From NCBI GenBank assembly GCA_963676725.1, contig OY781463.1, positions 2,786,398 through 2,850,397 of the forward strand: a stretch of 64,000 nt of DNA, written 5' to 3'. A program made the position numbers and the translations under genes. The notes beneath the pieces are model-generated. The model made no database searches, was not told the DNA's origin, and saw nothing but the letters and a program-made list of their open reading frames with translations. This document shows, in pieces, positions 10,026-20,469 of this stretch. Every line of letters begins with the position of its first letter. Within the stretch, counting starts at the first letter, position 1. The DNA is from Bacteroidales bacterium (GTDB taxonomy: Bacteria > Bacteroidota > Bacteroidia > Bacteroidales > WRLA01).

Positions 10026-11483
10026 ATGAACAATACATCAAAGGCCATCCTATTCTTAAACAGGATAGAATTGGGCAATAAAAAGTGCATTAAACTGTAT
10101 TTCTGGAGTAATGAGTTAATATTGAAGCGTATAAAGGCCAATGGCTGGATTTGCTTTGATGTACAGCATAGCATTTATTATGTTGAGGAACAGGCAAATA
10201 CATTAGGGCTGCTTACAGAATTATTTGAAGATATTGCCCTTGTTCGTACTAAATATCTGGATAAGATACCCGGAACAGCACCAAAAAATAAAGAAGCAGT
10301 ATTGGGTACAGCTTTTGATACCTATCGTTTGAAGAAGCGAGAGTATTTGCCCGATTTAAAGATACTTACCGTAGAGTTAGACGGGAAAGTGTATTTGGGG
10401 ATCAAGGCATATTTCCCTAAAGAGATTTATTTAAAACTATCCAATGAAAAATTTATTCGATGGCACAACAAAGAAAAGATTTGGTATTTTGAGAATAGCT
10501 CAAGGAATTTTAAAGAAATATTTATATGTTTATCAGAGTTTTACACAATAAAATTAAGTGCAACGGTAGAAAATAAGGATTCACAGATCAGGCAGATGTT
10601 GTGGGAACAATCATATGAGAAAGGCAAATATTTTAAATCAGTGCCTATAGAATTTATTGAATATATGAGCCTGCACAATTATGCCGAGAACAGCATACAG
10701 ATTTATTATAATATGGTATTTCACTTTATCAATTCCTTTCGCCATAAAAGTCTTCAGGAGATCCATAGATTCAGTGAAAAAGAAATCGACCGTTATCATT
10801 TGGGTTTGACCGAAAGAAGAGCCTTATCTGCATCAACGATCAACCAATCGGTTAATGCCATAAAGCTCTATTATAAGGTAATAGCAGGAACACAGATACG
10901 GCTCAATGAAGTAAGTAGGCCCAAAATGCCTAAGATATTACCAAAAGTTCACAGTCAGGAAGATATGCAAAAGCTTTTGAATAGTATTGAAAATTTGAAG
11001 CACAAAGCCATAATCCTTTTGATGTATTCGTCCGGTATTCGCATCAGCGAACTGATTAGAATGGAGAAAAGCGATATAAATTTTGAGCGTAGGCTTGTTT
11101 TTGTGCAAAAGTCCAAAGGATATAAGGAAAGATATACGGTACTGTCGGATAATGCAGCAATGATTCTTCGTGAATACATAGCACAATACAAACCGGAAAA
11201 ATATTTGTTTGAGGGGCAGTATGGGCATAAATACACCGATACCAGTGTGCGCAAGATATTAGCAAACAATGAAATACGGGCAGGAATCAGTAAAAAAGGC
11301 GGACCACATGTTCTACGGCATTCCTTTGCTACCCATTTATTAGAGCAAGGTGTTGACCTACGTTATATCCAGGAGTTACTAGGCCATAATAGCAGTAAAA
11401 CCACAGAGATTTATACGCACGTAAGCACCAAAGATTTTGGGAGAATTAAAAGCCCCGGTGATTTTATTAAAATTTCATTGTAA
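10026..11483 (+). CDS. Integron-like tyrosine recombinase with long N-terminal extension and no IntI-specific insertion
   Basis: SGIRISE, KSKGYKER, HVLRHSFATHLLE, LLGH..TTEIYTHV; SASTINQSVNAI SAM-like region; adjacent to the cassette array. Confidence 0.9.
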   Translation: MNNTSKAILFLNRIELGNKKCIKLYFWSNELILKRIKANGWICFDVQHSIYYVEEQANTLGLLTELFEDIALVRTKYLDKIPGTAPKNKEAVLGTAFDTYRLKKREYLPDLKILTVELDGKVYLGIKAYFPKEIYLKLSNEKFIRWHNKEKIWYFENSSRNFKEIFICLSEFYTIKLSATVENKDSQIRQMLWEQSYEKGKYFKSVPIEFIEYMSLHNYAENSIQIYYNMVFHFINSFRHKSLQEIHRFSEKEIDRYHLGLTERRALSASTINQSVNAIKLYYKVIAGTQIRLNEVSRPKMPKILPKVHSQEDMQKLLNSIENLKHKAIILLMYSSGIRISELIRMEKSDINFERRLVFVQKSKGYKERYTVLSDNAAMILREYIAQYKPEKYLFEGQYGHKYTDTSVRKILANNEIRAGISKKGGPHVLRHSFATHLLEQGVDLRYIQELLGHNSSKTTEIYTHVSTKDFGRIKSPGDFIKISL

Positions 11484-11507
11484 TTCAAATTAGATTTTTT
11501 ATATTTG
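11478..11507 (+). promoter_or_regulatory. Pc-like cassette promoter
   Basis: TTG-N19-TATATTTG pointing into the array. Confidence 0.7.
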
Positions 11508-11599
11508 GAGTTGGAAAGAATGAACAAAATGAAGCCTCAAAGACCAATATCTTATTCTGCTGATCGAAAGCGTATTATAAACACACCATCTTCGCACAA

Positions 11600-11652
11600 A
11601 GTGGATGTATTGGTAATAGGGGGTTCTTATACACAGTAGTTAGGGCACATTT
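11600..11652 (+). other. attI-like site (crossover predicted at G/TT 11639); left boundary approximate
   Basis: GTTAGGGCAC complements the cassette end GTGCCCTAAC at 12759; no attC-type hairpin upstream. Confidence 0.75.
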
Positions 11653-11664
11653 AGAATAAAGAAA

Positions 11665-12753
11665 ATGAAACAATATTTAATTATAATTATATTGGTTTTG
11701 TCAGCATCTACAATATTCTCTCAAGAAGAAAAGTACTATAGTACAGAAGAATCTGATTATTACAAAAGAATTAAACACAAAAGGTTTCGTCCATTTTCCA
11801 AAAGACAAGCAAAATCACAGACTTTTGACTATATAAAAATACGACAGGACACTTCAAGAAACAACATGTATTCTGGTATTTATGATTATTACAAACCAAA
11901 TTCAAAGCCCATTGAATCAATAATAGGAAAGCATAATGGGACAACTTATCAGGTTTATGTCACACCTTCTTTAAATAGTGGAAATTGGGGATGCTGGCTT
12001 GAAATAGAAAATGAAAAAGAAAAAAAATCATATTACCTTGGCTTTACAATGGATTATTTCATCCACATTAAAGCAAAACAGACAATTCCCCTTGTAAAAA
12101 ATGATTCTATCATTCAAGTTCAATCAGCAATTGTTCGTCAAACCAAACCTGAAATCTTACCTATCGGTGGACCAGAGTTTAAATTAGTAAAAGATTATCT
12201 AATTATTGAAATCAATTTAAATCAAATTATAAAAGACTCAGACAATGACGGACTGACAGATATTGTTGAAGAAAGATTTCTAATGAATACAAAATCCGAA
12301 GATACTGATGGAGATGGCCTTAATGATTCATTTGATTCTAATCCAAGATTTAAGTCATGGGACACAGAAAAATCCAAACTGTATTCGTACCTGCTTAAAC
12401 ATCGACCAATGGATTCTGTGATTGTTGATACTAATATGATTTTCAAAGATGTTAATTTTCATAAGTACAAGAATCCAACCCTAATCGTTACAGATGAAGA
12501 ATCATTACAACATGTTAAACCACTGAATGTTAATGATTATTATATTATCATGTCAAAGTCTGAATATGATAAATGCAAAAAGAAATATCCAGTGGACATT
12601 AATAGGCTTTATGTTTCTCCTTTATTTAAGGTTGACAATGTTGGCAATTGCTATAAAATACATCTTAGCGGCGGATTTTGGGGAAATGACTATGTAATTT
12701 ACAAGTCAAATGGAAAATGGATTATTAAGAATATTGGTGGATACATAATATGA
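11665..12753 (+). CDS. Cassette gene: secreted protein with DxDxDG Ca-binding-like motifs
   Basis: Signal peptide; DSDNDGLTD and DTDGDGLND. Confidence 0.8.
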   Translation: MKQYLIIIILVLSASTIFSQEEKYYSTEESDYYKRIKHKRFRPFSKRQAKSQTFDYIKIRQDTSRNNMYSGIYDYYKPNSKPIESIIGKHNGTTYQVYVTPSLNSGNWGCWLEIENEKEKKSYYLGFTMDYFIHIKAKQTIPLVKNDSIIQVQSAIVRQTKPEILPIGGPEFKLVKDYLIIEINLNQIIKDSDNDGLTDIVEERFLMNTKSEDTDGDGLNDSFDSNPRFKSWDTEKSKLYSYLLKHRPMDSVIVDTNMIFKDVNFHKYKNPTLIVTDEESLQHVKPLNVNDYYIIMSKSEYDKCKKKYPVDINRLYVSPLFKVDNVGNCYKIHLSGGFWGNDYVIYKSNGKWIIKNIGGYII

Positions 12754-12758
12754 AAAAC

Positions 12759-12893
12759 GTGCCCTAACAAAAAATATAGTGCATTTGGCAGATAGTGCTT
12801 ATAATGAAGATTGGAGCAATAAAAAAATTAGTAGTAAATTGAAAATTTGGAGCGTAAAATGCCAAACGCCCCATATTCAAACCGTTATGCCCG
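12759..12893 (+). repeat. attC-like site 1
   Basis: GTGCCCTAAC..GCATTTGGCA//TGCCAAACGC..GTTATGCCCG. Confidence 0.88.
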
Positions 12894-13297
12894 ATTTTCT
12901 TTGCTGCGGTGTAGCGTTTTGGAAGGAAATTTTTGCGCAATTGTTCTTTGATACTTAAAAACCTGCAATCGCTTACAGCACTGGCCCACGCTTCGGAAGC
13001 AGGTTTTGCAGGACAAAAAAATTCGAGTTCCAATCCTAATTTTGTGATGAAACACGCAAAAATATTTTGATTTGCTATTGTACATTTGGGCTTTTTATTA
13101 ACTTTGGCTCTGGCCAGCGCATTTCAGCCAGCGCACAATGCCGACGCTATGTCCGGCGCACATTAAGAACCGGGCATAACCAAAGCTATTCCCCATAAGG
13201 GGTTTAATCGTTAAAACAAAGATTATGCAAGTGAAAATTATTAGTAGTAGATTGATAATTAGTGGTTTTGGAGTCCCTTACGTGGGATAGCTAGTCC
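12884..13297 (+). repeat. ORF-less cassette, copy 1
   Basis: 414-bp unit repeated at 13298 and 33292. Confidence 0.88.
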
Positions 13298-13307
13298 GTT
13301 ATGCCCG
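13171..13307 (+). repeat. attC-like site 2
   Basis: CGGGCATAAC..CATAAGGG//CCCTTACG..GTTATGCCCG. Confidence 0.88.
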
Positions 13308-13709
13308 ATTTTCTTTGCTGCGGTGTAGCGTTTTGGAAGGAAATTTTTGCGCAATTGTTCTTTGATACTTAAAAACCTGCAATCGCTTACAGCACTGGCC
13401 CACGCTTCGGAAGCAGGTTTTGCAGGACAAAAAAATTCGAGTTCCAATCCTAATTTTGTGATGAAACACGCAAAAATATTTTGATTTGCTATTGTACATT
13501 TGGGCTTTTTATTAACTTTGGCTCTGGCCTGCGCAGGCAGCAAACGCACAATGCCGACGCTATGTCCGGCGCACATTAGAACCGGGCATAACCAAAGCTA
13601 TTCCCCATAAGGGGTTTAATCGTTAAAACAAAGATTATGCAAGTGAAAATTATTAGTAGTAGATTGATAATTTGTGGTTTTGAAGTCCCTTACGTGGGAT
13701 AGCTGGAAC
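13298..13709 (+). repeat. ORF-less cassette, copy 2
   Basis: Tandem near-identical copy with boundaries exactly at GTT. Confidence 0.88.
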
Positions 13710-13719
13710 GTTGTGTGCC
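13583..13719 (+). repeat. attC-like site 3
   Basis: CGGGCATAAC..GTTGTGTGCC with the same arms as site 2. Confidence 0.88.
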
Positions 13720-13742
13720 ATATTAAGAGACCATGAATCACT

Positions 13743-14438
13743 ATGATAACGAGAGATTTTAAAACGGAGTTTGATAATTTGATTAAGGAAATAATTGCGC
13801 CGACTTTCAAAATGATTGGATTTAAAAAGAAAGCCAATAATTTCTATAAATCAACAAATGATTTGATTCAGATAATAAACGTTCAAAAAAGTCAATGGAA
13901 TTCAAAAGATGATATATCCTTTACTTTCAATATCGGATTTTTTAGTCCTGAGATTTTTTTAGAAACATGGGATAGACCAATACCTGATATTCCAAAAGAA
14001 TATGATTGTTTTATTAGTTTTCGTTCAGGATTTATAACTGATAAAAAGGATAAATGGTATGAATTGAATGAAAAGAACAACTACGACAAATTAAAAACTG
14101 CGATAAAATCTGACTTGCAAAAATCAGCAATTGATTTATTTGATAAGTATCAGACCTTGACTTCTCTAAAAGGATTGATTAATGATTATCCTGATTTACA
14201 AGTGACAATGGGAACAATTCCGAGATTTGTTTTTATGATGAAAACCGATTTGAAAAAAGATGCTTTAGATTTACTATTCACAGAGTATAAAAATGCACAG
14301 ATTCCTAAATCGAGTGTTTCAGTTATTAATTATCCAGACGGAAGGAGTGTTGAGACTAAATCAGAGCCTAAAATTAATAAGGGATATATAGACAGTTTGA
14401 TTAGGATTGCAAAGATGTATGATATTGAAATTAAATAA
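13743..14438 (+). CDS. Cassette gene: DUF4304-like protein
   Basis: GFKKKANNFY..INVQKSQWN..FTFNIG. Confidence 0.75.
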   Translation: MITRDFKTEFDNLIKEIIAPTFKMIGFKKKANNFYKSTNDLIQIINVQKSQWNSKDDISFTFNIGFFSPEIFLETWDRPIPDIPKEYDCFISFRSGFITDKKDKWYELNEKNNYDKLKTAIKSDLQKSAIDLFDKYQTLTSLKGLINDYPDLQVTMGTIPRFVFMMKTDLKKDALDLLFTEYKNAQIPKSSVSVINYPDGRSVETKSEPKINKGYIDSLIRIAKMYDIEIK

Positions 14439-14443
14439 AATAC

Positions 14444-14580
14444 GGCACACAACACGCGGTAAAAAACATTGGGGGTGCAGTGGGTCAGTCAACATACTGC
14501 CTCGCCCCAGCATCAGTAACGGTGGATACGAACGCAGCCCGTTCACCCCAACGATTTCTTACCGCCATCCGTTGTGTGTC
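14444..14580 (+). repeat. attC-like site 4
   Basis: GGCACACAAC..GCGGT..CATTGGGG//CCCCAACG..ACCGC..GTTGTGTGTC. Confidence 0.88.
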
Positions 14581-14594
14581 ATTAAAAAACAGAA

Positions 14595-15281
14595 ATGATA
14601 AATAAATTATATAATTTCCTTTCAAAGCCCTTCATAGTGATAGTCGTAATGATTGTTGCACCAATATTGTCTATTGCCGATAGAAATTTTGGGTACTTTT
14701 TTGGTCTTTTTATTGCTCTATTCTTGCTGTGGAAAAGTGGTTGGAATTGGGCGAAATTTGGGTTTGGGCAAAAAGTAAATCTCAGAACTATATTGAAAGG
14801 CTTATTACTTGCAATAGCTATATTTCTCATAATCGATATATGTATACAGCCATTTTTGGAAATATACTTTGGAAAGATTGATTTGAGTTCAATAGAGGAA
14901 ATAAGAGGGGATTTTGCCAGTTTTCTGCCTCTGTTTTTGATCATGTGGTTATTTGCCGCTTTTGGAGAAGAATTCTTGTTTAGTGGTTATTACATGAAAC
15001 ATCTCGCTGAATTATTTGGAGATTCTAACAAATCTTGGCTTATCTCAGCTATCGTACTTTCAGTTTACTTTGGAATTTCTCATAACTATCAAGGAACTTC
15101 TGGAATGATTGCCGTGGGATTAGCAAGTACAATATTCTTTTTTACATTTTACAAGTACAGAACTAATCTTGCTTTACTCGTATTTACACACGGTTTTTAT
15201 GATACGATTGGATTAACTCTAATCTACCTGAACAAGGACCGAATCTTCTATGATTGGGCCTTTCAACTTATAAATAAATGA
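14595..15281 (+). CDS. Cassette gene: CPBP/CAAX-type intramembrane protease
   Basis: GEEFLF, FGISH and HGFYD motifs; hydrophobic. Confidence 0.88.
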   Translation: MINKLYNFLSKPFIVIVVMIVAPILSIADRNFGYFFGLFIALFLLWKSGWNWAKFGFGQKVNLRTILKGLLLAIAIFLIIDICIQPFLEIYFGKIDLSSIEEIRGDFASFLPLFLIMWLFAAFGEEFLFSGYYMKHLAELFGDSNKSWLISAIVLSVYFGISHNYQGTSGMIAVGLASTIFFFTFYKYRTNLALLVFTHGFYDTIGLTLIYLNKDRIFYDWAFQLINK

Positions 15282-15284
15282 AAC

Positions 15285-16181
15285 GCCACACAATCGAGTA
15301 GGCTGCCGCTAGGCAGATTTGCCTAGCGGAGAACCTCTCACACCACTGTACGTACGGGTCTCGTATACAGCGGTTCGATACATATCGGCTTAAAGCTCTT
15401 TTCACCTTTAAACTTCTGCTCTAATTTAAAATAGGGCTAGTAAACTCGAGGTTTAGACCTCCCTATCGAATTTTAAGCAATGTATCGTTCAGTCCTTCAT
15501 CAACTTGTGAGTCCTCTGTCTTGTCCTATTCTTTCAGAGGGGACAGCTCGTTACTGTTGACTACTATGACTTCTGCTGACTTCTTGGCTTACAGAGAACA
15601 CGTCTGTTCCAAGACCTCCCCAGGTAAGAACCCTATCTTTCTACTTATGCCTGACACATCTACTAAGCAAGGATTATTGGTCAAGGGCTTTGCAAAGATG
15701 TGCTTGCTTACCCTCCCTGTTTAGCCTCATATGTGCTTTCTGTTTAGTTTACCCTGAGGTGCTCGAAGGGTCAGTACAAGTATTTGCAGTCCTGCTTCCT
15801 TCAGTGAATACCTCACGATAAACCACCTTGCAGCTTGCTAATCGGCTTTACCAACTTGCCGATAAGGGACTTTCACCCTCGAGATATTGTTCACCCACTT
15901 TTTGACTCTGAAAAATAAATTTGTATTTTTGACATTTTTCTAAAGCTTTCGGTGGGTGTGCTTAAGCTCATGCTGGGCACACACATGCTGTCATAAAACA
16001 TAAGGGCTACAGAGGTTTACGGGACTTCAGCGCATTTAATCAAGCCCGCCAAATCTTGCGATTTGACGCGTTGATTAAAAAGTTTAAATTTGTGTCTAAT
16101 CGCAACATTTGACTATGTGCAAACTTGATAGGGAAGCATTTCAAATCCCTTACGTTTCATACAGCAGAACCGTTGTGGGTA
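15285..16181 (+). repeat. attC-like site 5, interrupted by an intron
   Basis: GCCACACA|AC rejoined; CATAAGGG//CCCTTACG..GTTGTGGGTA. Confidence 0.85.
15293..15982 (-). ncRNA. ORF-less group IIC intron
   Basis: Starts GTGTGCCC, ends CTACTCGAT; domain V GAACCGCTGTATACG..CGTACAGTGGTGT; no RT ORF. Confidence 0.88.
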
Positions 16182-16201
16182 ATGCAAAAGCCTCGTGCAA
16201 A

Positions 16202-16591
16202 ATGACAGAGATAGAAATTAATATAAATAAATACGCTCAAAACAAGCTGACTGATTCCGAGATAATGGATTGGTTTGACCAGTTTGATTTGATAGGTCAA
16301 AAAGAGATTCGAGATAAGTTGATTATGTTCATGCAACAATCCCATCCAACTGACGAAATGATTTCTATAGCGATTCAGTCTGCACCGATTAAAGACACAA
16401 TGACACCTGTGGTACTTTTCAAAACCCAGAATTTTAAAATAGCGATTAACAAAATTGAGAAATTACCTGATTCTGAGTTGAGAAAATCATTTATAACCAT
16501 GTTGAGTATTTTCAAAACAGCAGATACACGTCGTAGAGAAACTGATTGTAAGAATGGATGTACTCATTTTTGGCATAATATAAAGGATTAG
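16202..16591 (+). CDS. Cassette gene: DUF5958-like protein
   Basis: ATG after the GTT core; C-terminal CKNGCTHFWHN. Confidence 0.75.
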   Translation: MTEIEININKYAQNKLTDSEIMDWFDQFDLIGQKEIRDKLIMFMQQSHPTDEMISIAIQSAPIKDTMTPVVLFKTQNFKIAINKIEKLPDSELRKSFITMLSIFKTADTRRRETDCKNGCTHFWHNIKD

Positions 16592-16830
16592 TGACTATGA
16601 AGTATAAATGGATTGCTTTATTATTTATTTCTGTTCTATTGACTGGCTGTTTTGGGTTATTTGATAGTGGAAGCAAACGGATTACTGGAAAATACATTGT
16701 AGTTTGGATTGACCTTCCAAGAAATCAAGGAATAGGCGAAGAAATTGAAGGAAGTCCAGGAAGTTCGATAGGTTTAGTCCCTGAGTATGTGTTTGCGGTT
16801 GGACACAATGAGGATTATATAATTGCAAAG
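16591..16830 (+). pseudogene. DUF3997-like lipoprotein truncated by IS1595
   Basis: LTGC lipobox; ORF runs into the IS end after DYIIAK. Confidence 0.75.
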
Positions 16831-17912
16831 GGTTATGTTGCAGTATAATGGAGAATTTTTATTACCTTTACGGTTATAAATACTGTTACTATGAATATAG
16901 ATGATTTACTTAAGAACCTGACTTCAGAAGAGAAAGAACAGTTATACACACTCCTAAAAAAGGACATTGGCATAACACCTCAATTGGATAAAATTAAATT
17001 CGAACTTAATCAGGGTCAAAAGATAGTATGTCCACACTGTCTTAGTAGCGACATTTATGGCCATGGCACATATAAAGGTAGAAAACGTTATAAATGCAAG
17101 CAATGCAAAAAAACATTTAATGATTTCACCGGAACTGCTGTTTCAGGCATTAAGAAAGTAGAAAAGTTTCAAGAGTATCTAGAACTTACGATTGAAAATT
17201 TGTCCATAAGAAAAGCCGCTAAAAAACTAGGGGTTAGCACCAAGACGATATTTGATTGGCGGCATAAACTATTGTCATCACTACAAACAATGAATGGAAT
17301 GGCATTATCAGGAATAGTTGAATGTGATGATAAACAGTTAGATATAAATGAAAAAGGCAAAAAGGGCTTGAATAGAAAACCTTATAAAAGGTCTAGTGAT
17401 AGAAAGAAAAAGCGAGGCATAAGTAATGACAAGATATCAATTATAGTGGCCACGGATCGAAAAGACAACCCTACTATGCGGATTGCAAAAGTAGGAAGGA
17501 TTGATGTAGAGAGTATTGAAAAAACCATTGGTGGTTTCATTGATCACAGCAATGTTCTTTGCTCTGATTCTCATCCATCCATAATATCTTGGGCAGGTAA
17601 AAAAGAACTCGAACACCACACATTCATTGCATCAAAACGACATGTAAAAAATAAATGTTATCATGTACAACATGTAAACTCTCTTGACAATTTATTTGAA
17701 AGATGGTTAAAGCCTTTTTATGGTGTAGCGACTAAATATCTGCAGCAATATCTAAATTGGTTTGTGTTTCATGAAAAAACAAAAAAGTCGTCAAACCCAA
17801 TGGCAGTCTTCACTAAAGCAATAATGTCAAACACGAATGCTATACGCGATTTTAGGTCAATCGAGAAAAAACACTTGGAATTAGATATTCCACTTTATTC
17901 TACAACATAACC
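16831..17912 (+). mobile_element. IS1595-family insertion sequence
   Basis: Imperfect terminal IRs GGTTATGTTG../..CAACATAACC; no target duplication. Confidence 0.88.
16891..17910 (+). CDS. IS1595-family transposase
   Basis: CPHC..CKQC Zn ribbon, HTH, VECDD, CSDS, HVQHVN. Confidence 0.92.
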   Translation: MNIDDLLKNLTSEEKEQLYTLLKKDIGITPQLDKIKFELNQGQKIVCPHCLSSDIYGHGTYKGRKRYKCKQCKKTFNDFTGTAVSGIKKVEKFQEYLELTIENLSIRKAAKKLGVSTKTIFDWRHKLLSSLQTMNGMALSGIVECDDKQLDINEKGKKGLNRKPYKRSSDRKKKRGISNDKISIIVATDRKDNPTMRIAKVGRIDVESIEKTIGGFIDHSNVLCSDSHPSIISWAGKKELEHHTFIASKRHVKNKCYHVQHVNSLDNLFERWLKPFYGVATKYLQQYLNWFVFHEKTKKSSNPMAVFTKAIMSNTNAIRDFRSIEKKHLELDIPLYSTT

Positions 17913-17966
17913 TTTTGATTTTGAGAGCCTCAAACTCTTGTATCAATCCGTAATAATTTAAACATC

Positions 17967-18566
17967 ATGATCGAAAATTATTCAATTGAAGATTTCAAAG
18001 ATTTTCTAAAAACATATATTACTTTACCTGAAAATGAGTGGAACCAGATAAAGTCAGAGTTCGAACTACACGTTTACCAAAAGAATGAAATGCTTTTGGA
18101 AGAAGGTTTCGTTTGCAGGTATTTTTATTTTTTCAATAAAGGATTAGTCCGTTTTTGCTGTAACATCGATGGTGAAGATATAACAAAGACTTTTTGTAAG
18201 GCTCCTTATTGTTTTACGTCTAAAATAAGTTTCCGCAATCAAACACCTGCGCGTGAAGCTATCCAGGCACTTGAAGAAACAGTTGTTTGGCGAATATCCT
18301 ATGAGCAATACAAAAGGCTTGAACAAATACCATCCTGGAATATTTTTATGCGAAAGCTGATGAATGAAATTCAGGAATTTCTTGAAAATCATTTGTTGGA
18401 GTCTAAAATTTTAACCGCTGAACAGTATTACGATAAGTTACTTCAGCGATTCCCTGCTGATTTTATGCAGAAAATACCACTGAAACATTTGGCTTCGTTT
18501 TTAGGCATTGCACCACAATCTATGAGTAGAATAAGAAACAACTTGCACGAAAATAGAAGAAGTTAA
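17967..18566 (+). CDS. Crp/Fnr-family regulator
   Basis: cNMP-binding-like domain; LASFLGIAPQSMSRIR HTH. Confidence 0.9.
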   Translation: MIENYSIEDFKDFLKTYITLPENEWNQIKSEFELHVYQKNEMLLEEGFVCRYFYFFNKGLVRFCCNIDGEDITKTFCKAPYCFTSKISFRNQTPAREAIQALEETVVWRISYEQYKRLEQIPSWNIFMRKLMNEIQEFLENHLLESKILTAEQYYDKLLQRFPADFMQKIPLKHLASFLGIAPQSMSRIRNNLHENRRS

Positions 18567-18631
18567 CATAGGTGAATTTTTATCTCTGCCTTTTGATTGA
18601 ATTTTGTATCAGATAAATAGGATACAAAATC

Positions 18632-19558
18632 ATGACAAGTCTAAAAGCAAAAATAATGATTGGGCTAATGCGAAATCGGCATTTGTTCAAAGGCAGGTTA
18701 AGAAAAGAGACGCAGAACAAAAGTATTGAAGCTGTATTGAAGTTTCGGGCGGCATGTGAAAAGGGCGCGGAACGTTTTGGAAAACTTCCTGAAGGCATTA
18801 GCATTAAACAGGAAGTAATTCATACCATCATTTCCGAGTGGATAATACCTGAAAATGCACTTGAAAAGAAACTGATTTTTTATGTGCATGGTGGTGGCTA
18901 TGTTTCAGGATCATGTAACGACCATCGGAATCTTGTATCCAAAATAGCACGCAGTGCAGGCATCAACACCTTGCTTTTCGAATACGGGTTAGCTCCTGAG
19001 CATCCTTTTCCTGCTGCTATAAATGATTCGGTTAACATATACAGCGCAGTGCTCGAAAAAGGATACAAAGCCGAAAACATGGTAATGATGGGAGAATCGG
19101 CTGGAGGCGGACTTTGTTTGGCGACACTTTTAGCACTTCGCGATAAAAACATACCACTACCCAAAGCTGCGGTAGCTATTTCACCATGGACTGATTTAAG
19201 TTGCTCAAACGAAACATACTTTACTAAAAACAAGGTTTCGTTAGCTCCTCTTAATAGTTGGAATGTTTTTAGCCATTACTATGTTGCGAAAAGTGAGGTT
19301 CGGAATCCCTACATTTCACCACTCTTTGGCAATTTGGAAGGGCTTCCGCCACTTTTTATCAACGCAGGCAATAGTGATGAACTGTTCGACGATGGACGGA
19401 AGTTCGCTGAAAAAGCAAAACAGGCAGGTGTTGATGTGTTTTTCAGAGAAGGACATGGCATGGTTCATTGTTATCCTATGATGGCACCTTTCTTTCCTGA
19501 GGCTACCGAAGCCATGAATGAGATTATCGAATTCATTCACAAACACCTTTCAAAATAA
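18632..19558 (+). CDS. HSL-family alpha/beta hydrolase (esterase)
   Basis: HGGG, LAPEHPFPAA, GESAGG. Confidence 0.92.
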   Translation: MTSLKAKIMIGLMRNRHLFKGRLRKETQNKSIEAVLKFRAACEKGAERFGKLPEGISIKQEVIHTIISEWIIPENALEKKLIFYVHGGGYVSGSCNDHRNLVSKIARSAGINTLLFEYGLAPEHPFPAAINDSVNIYSAVLEKGYKAENMVMMGESAGGGLCLATLLALRDKNIPLPKAAVAISPWTDLSCSNETYFTKNKVSLAPLNSWNVFSHYYVAKSEVRNPYISPLFGNLEGLPPLFINAGNSDELFDDGRKFAEKAKQAGVDVFFREGHGMVHCYPMMAPFFPEATEAMNEIIEFIHKHLSK

Positions 19559-19572
19559 ACAATCCATTTTTA

Positions 19573-20460
19573 TTGATTATGCAGCAGATAGAACAACATA
19601 TTAATACACAGTTAAAATACAATTCAGGTAAAAACCTGTTTGCCCAACGAGATGGATTATTTCGTTTTATGGCCATACCTGATTCTATAATGCAGAATTT
19701 AAAAGACATAACCAAACTAGAAGAAAATGCTCTAATAGGTATGGCCACTGCTAAATCGTTGGAAGCTTTTTATAAGTTGAACCAGTATTACTACTTCAGC
19801 AATAGTGATAAAGAGAAGCTAAAAGCTATTTATGCTAATTTGTTTCAACATTTAAAAGGACATAATGATTTATCGATGTATGAAGAAAAACATTACAATA
19901 ACCTAAGAAGATGGCTGGCGGAAACGAACCCATTTGCCCTGAAATTATATGCTGATCAAAACGAAGAACTTCAGGAGGTAGTTTGCGAAGAGTATAATGC
20001 TCTGCTGCAGTTAGATTTATTACACATAGAACTGGATGGCATCGAGGAGCCAGTCCTTGATATCGGTTGTGGTAAAAATGGTGAATTGGTTAAATTTTTA
20101 AGAAAATCCGGAATTGAAGCTTTTGGCTTTGACAGGAGTATAACCAGCTCAGAATTTTGTAATGATTCCGATTGGTTCGATTATCATTACGGATATGAGA
20201 AATGGGGAACGATTATAAGTAATCTCAGCTTTTCTAATCATTTCAACCACCATCATCTCCGTTCAGACGGCAATTATGTTGCCTATGCTGAAGCCTACAT
20301 GCAAATATTTTATTCCTTAAAACCTGGAGGTACTTTTCATTATGCGCCCTCACTGCCTTTTATCGAAAGGTTTCTGGATAGAGAGAAATTTACGGTTTAC
20401 ACACATAAAGTGTTCAATACCGATTACAAAACAACCCGTGTTCGAAAGCAAAACACGTAG
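19573..20460 (+). CDS. Class I SAM-dependent methyltransferase
   Basis: VLDIGCG and LKPGG. Confidence 0.85.
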   Translation: MIMQQIEQHINTQLKYNSGKNLFAQRDGLFRFMAIPDSIMQNLKDITKLEENALIGMATAKSLEAFYKLNQYYYFSNSDKEKLKAIYANLFQHLKGHNDLSMYEEKHYNNLRRWLAETNPFALKLYADQNEELQEVVCEEYNALLQLDLLHIELDGIEEPVLDIGCGKNGELVKFLRKSGIEAFGFDRSITSSEFCNDSDWFDYHYGYEKWGTIISNLSFSNHFNHHHLRSDGNYVAYAEAYMQIFYSLKPGGTFHYAPSLPFIERFLDREKFTVYTHKVFNTDYKTTRVRKQNT

Positions 20461-20469
20461 AAAACCAAA

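Noticed and set aside
12885..13085. Minus-strand 66-aa ORF (also 13299-13499 and 33293-33493) and overlapping 89/105-aa ORFs
   Set aside because: No recognisable fold, TTG/GTG starts, overlap with att sites; conservation is explained by recent duplication. Not fully excluded
16109..16201. N-terminal extension of ORF 16109-16591
   Set aside because: Runs through the attC-like site; ATG 16202 is more plausible
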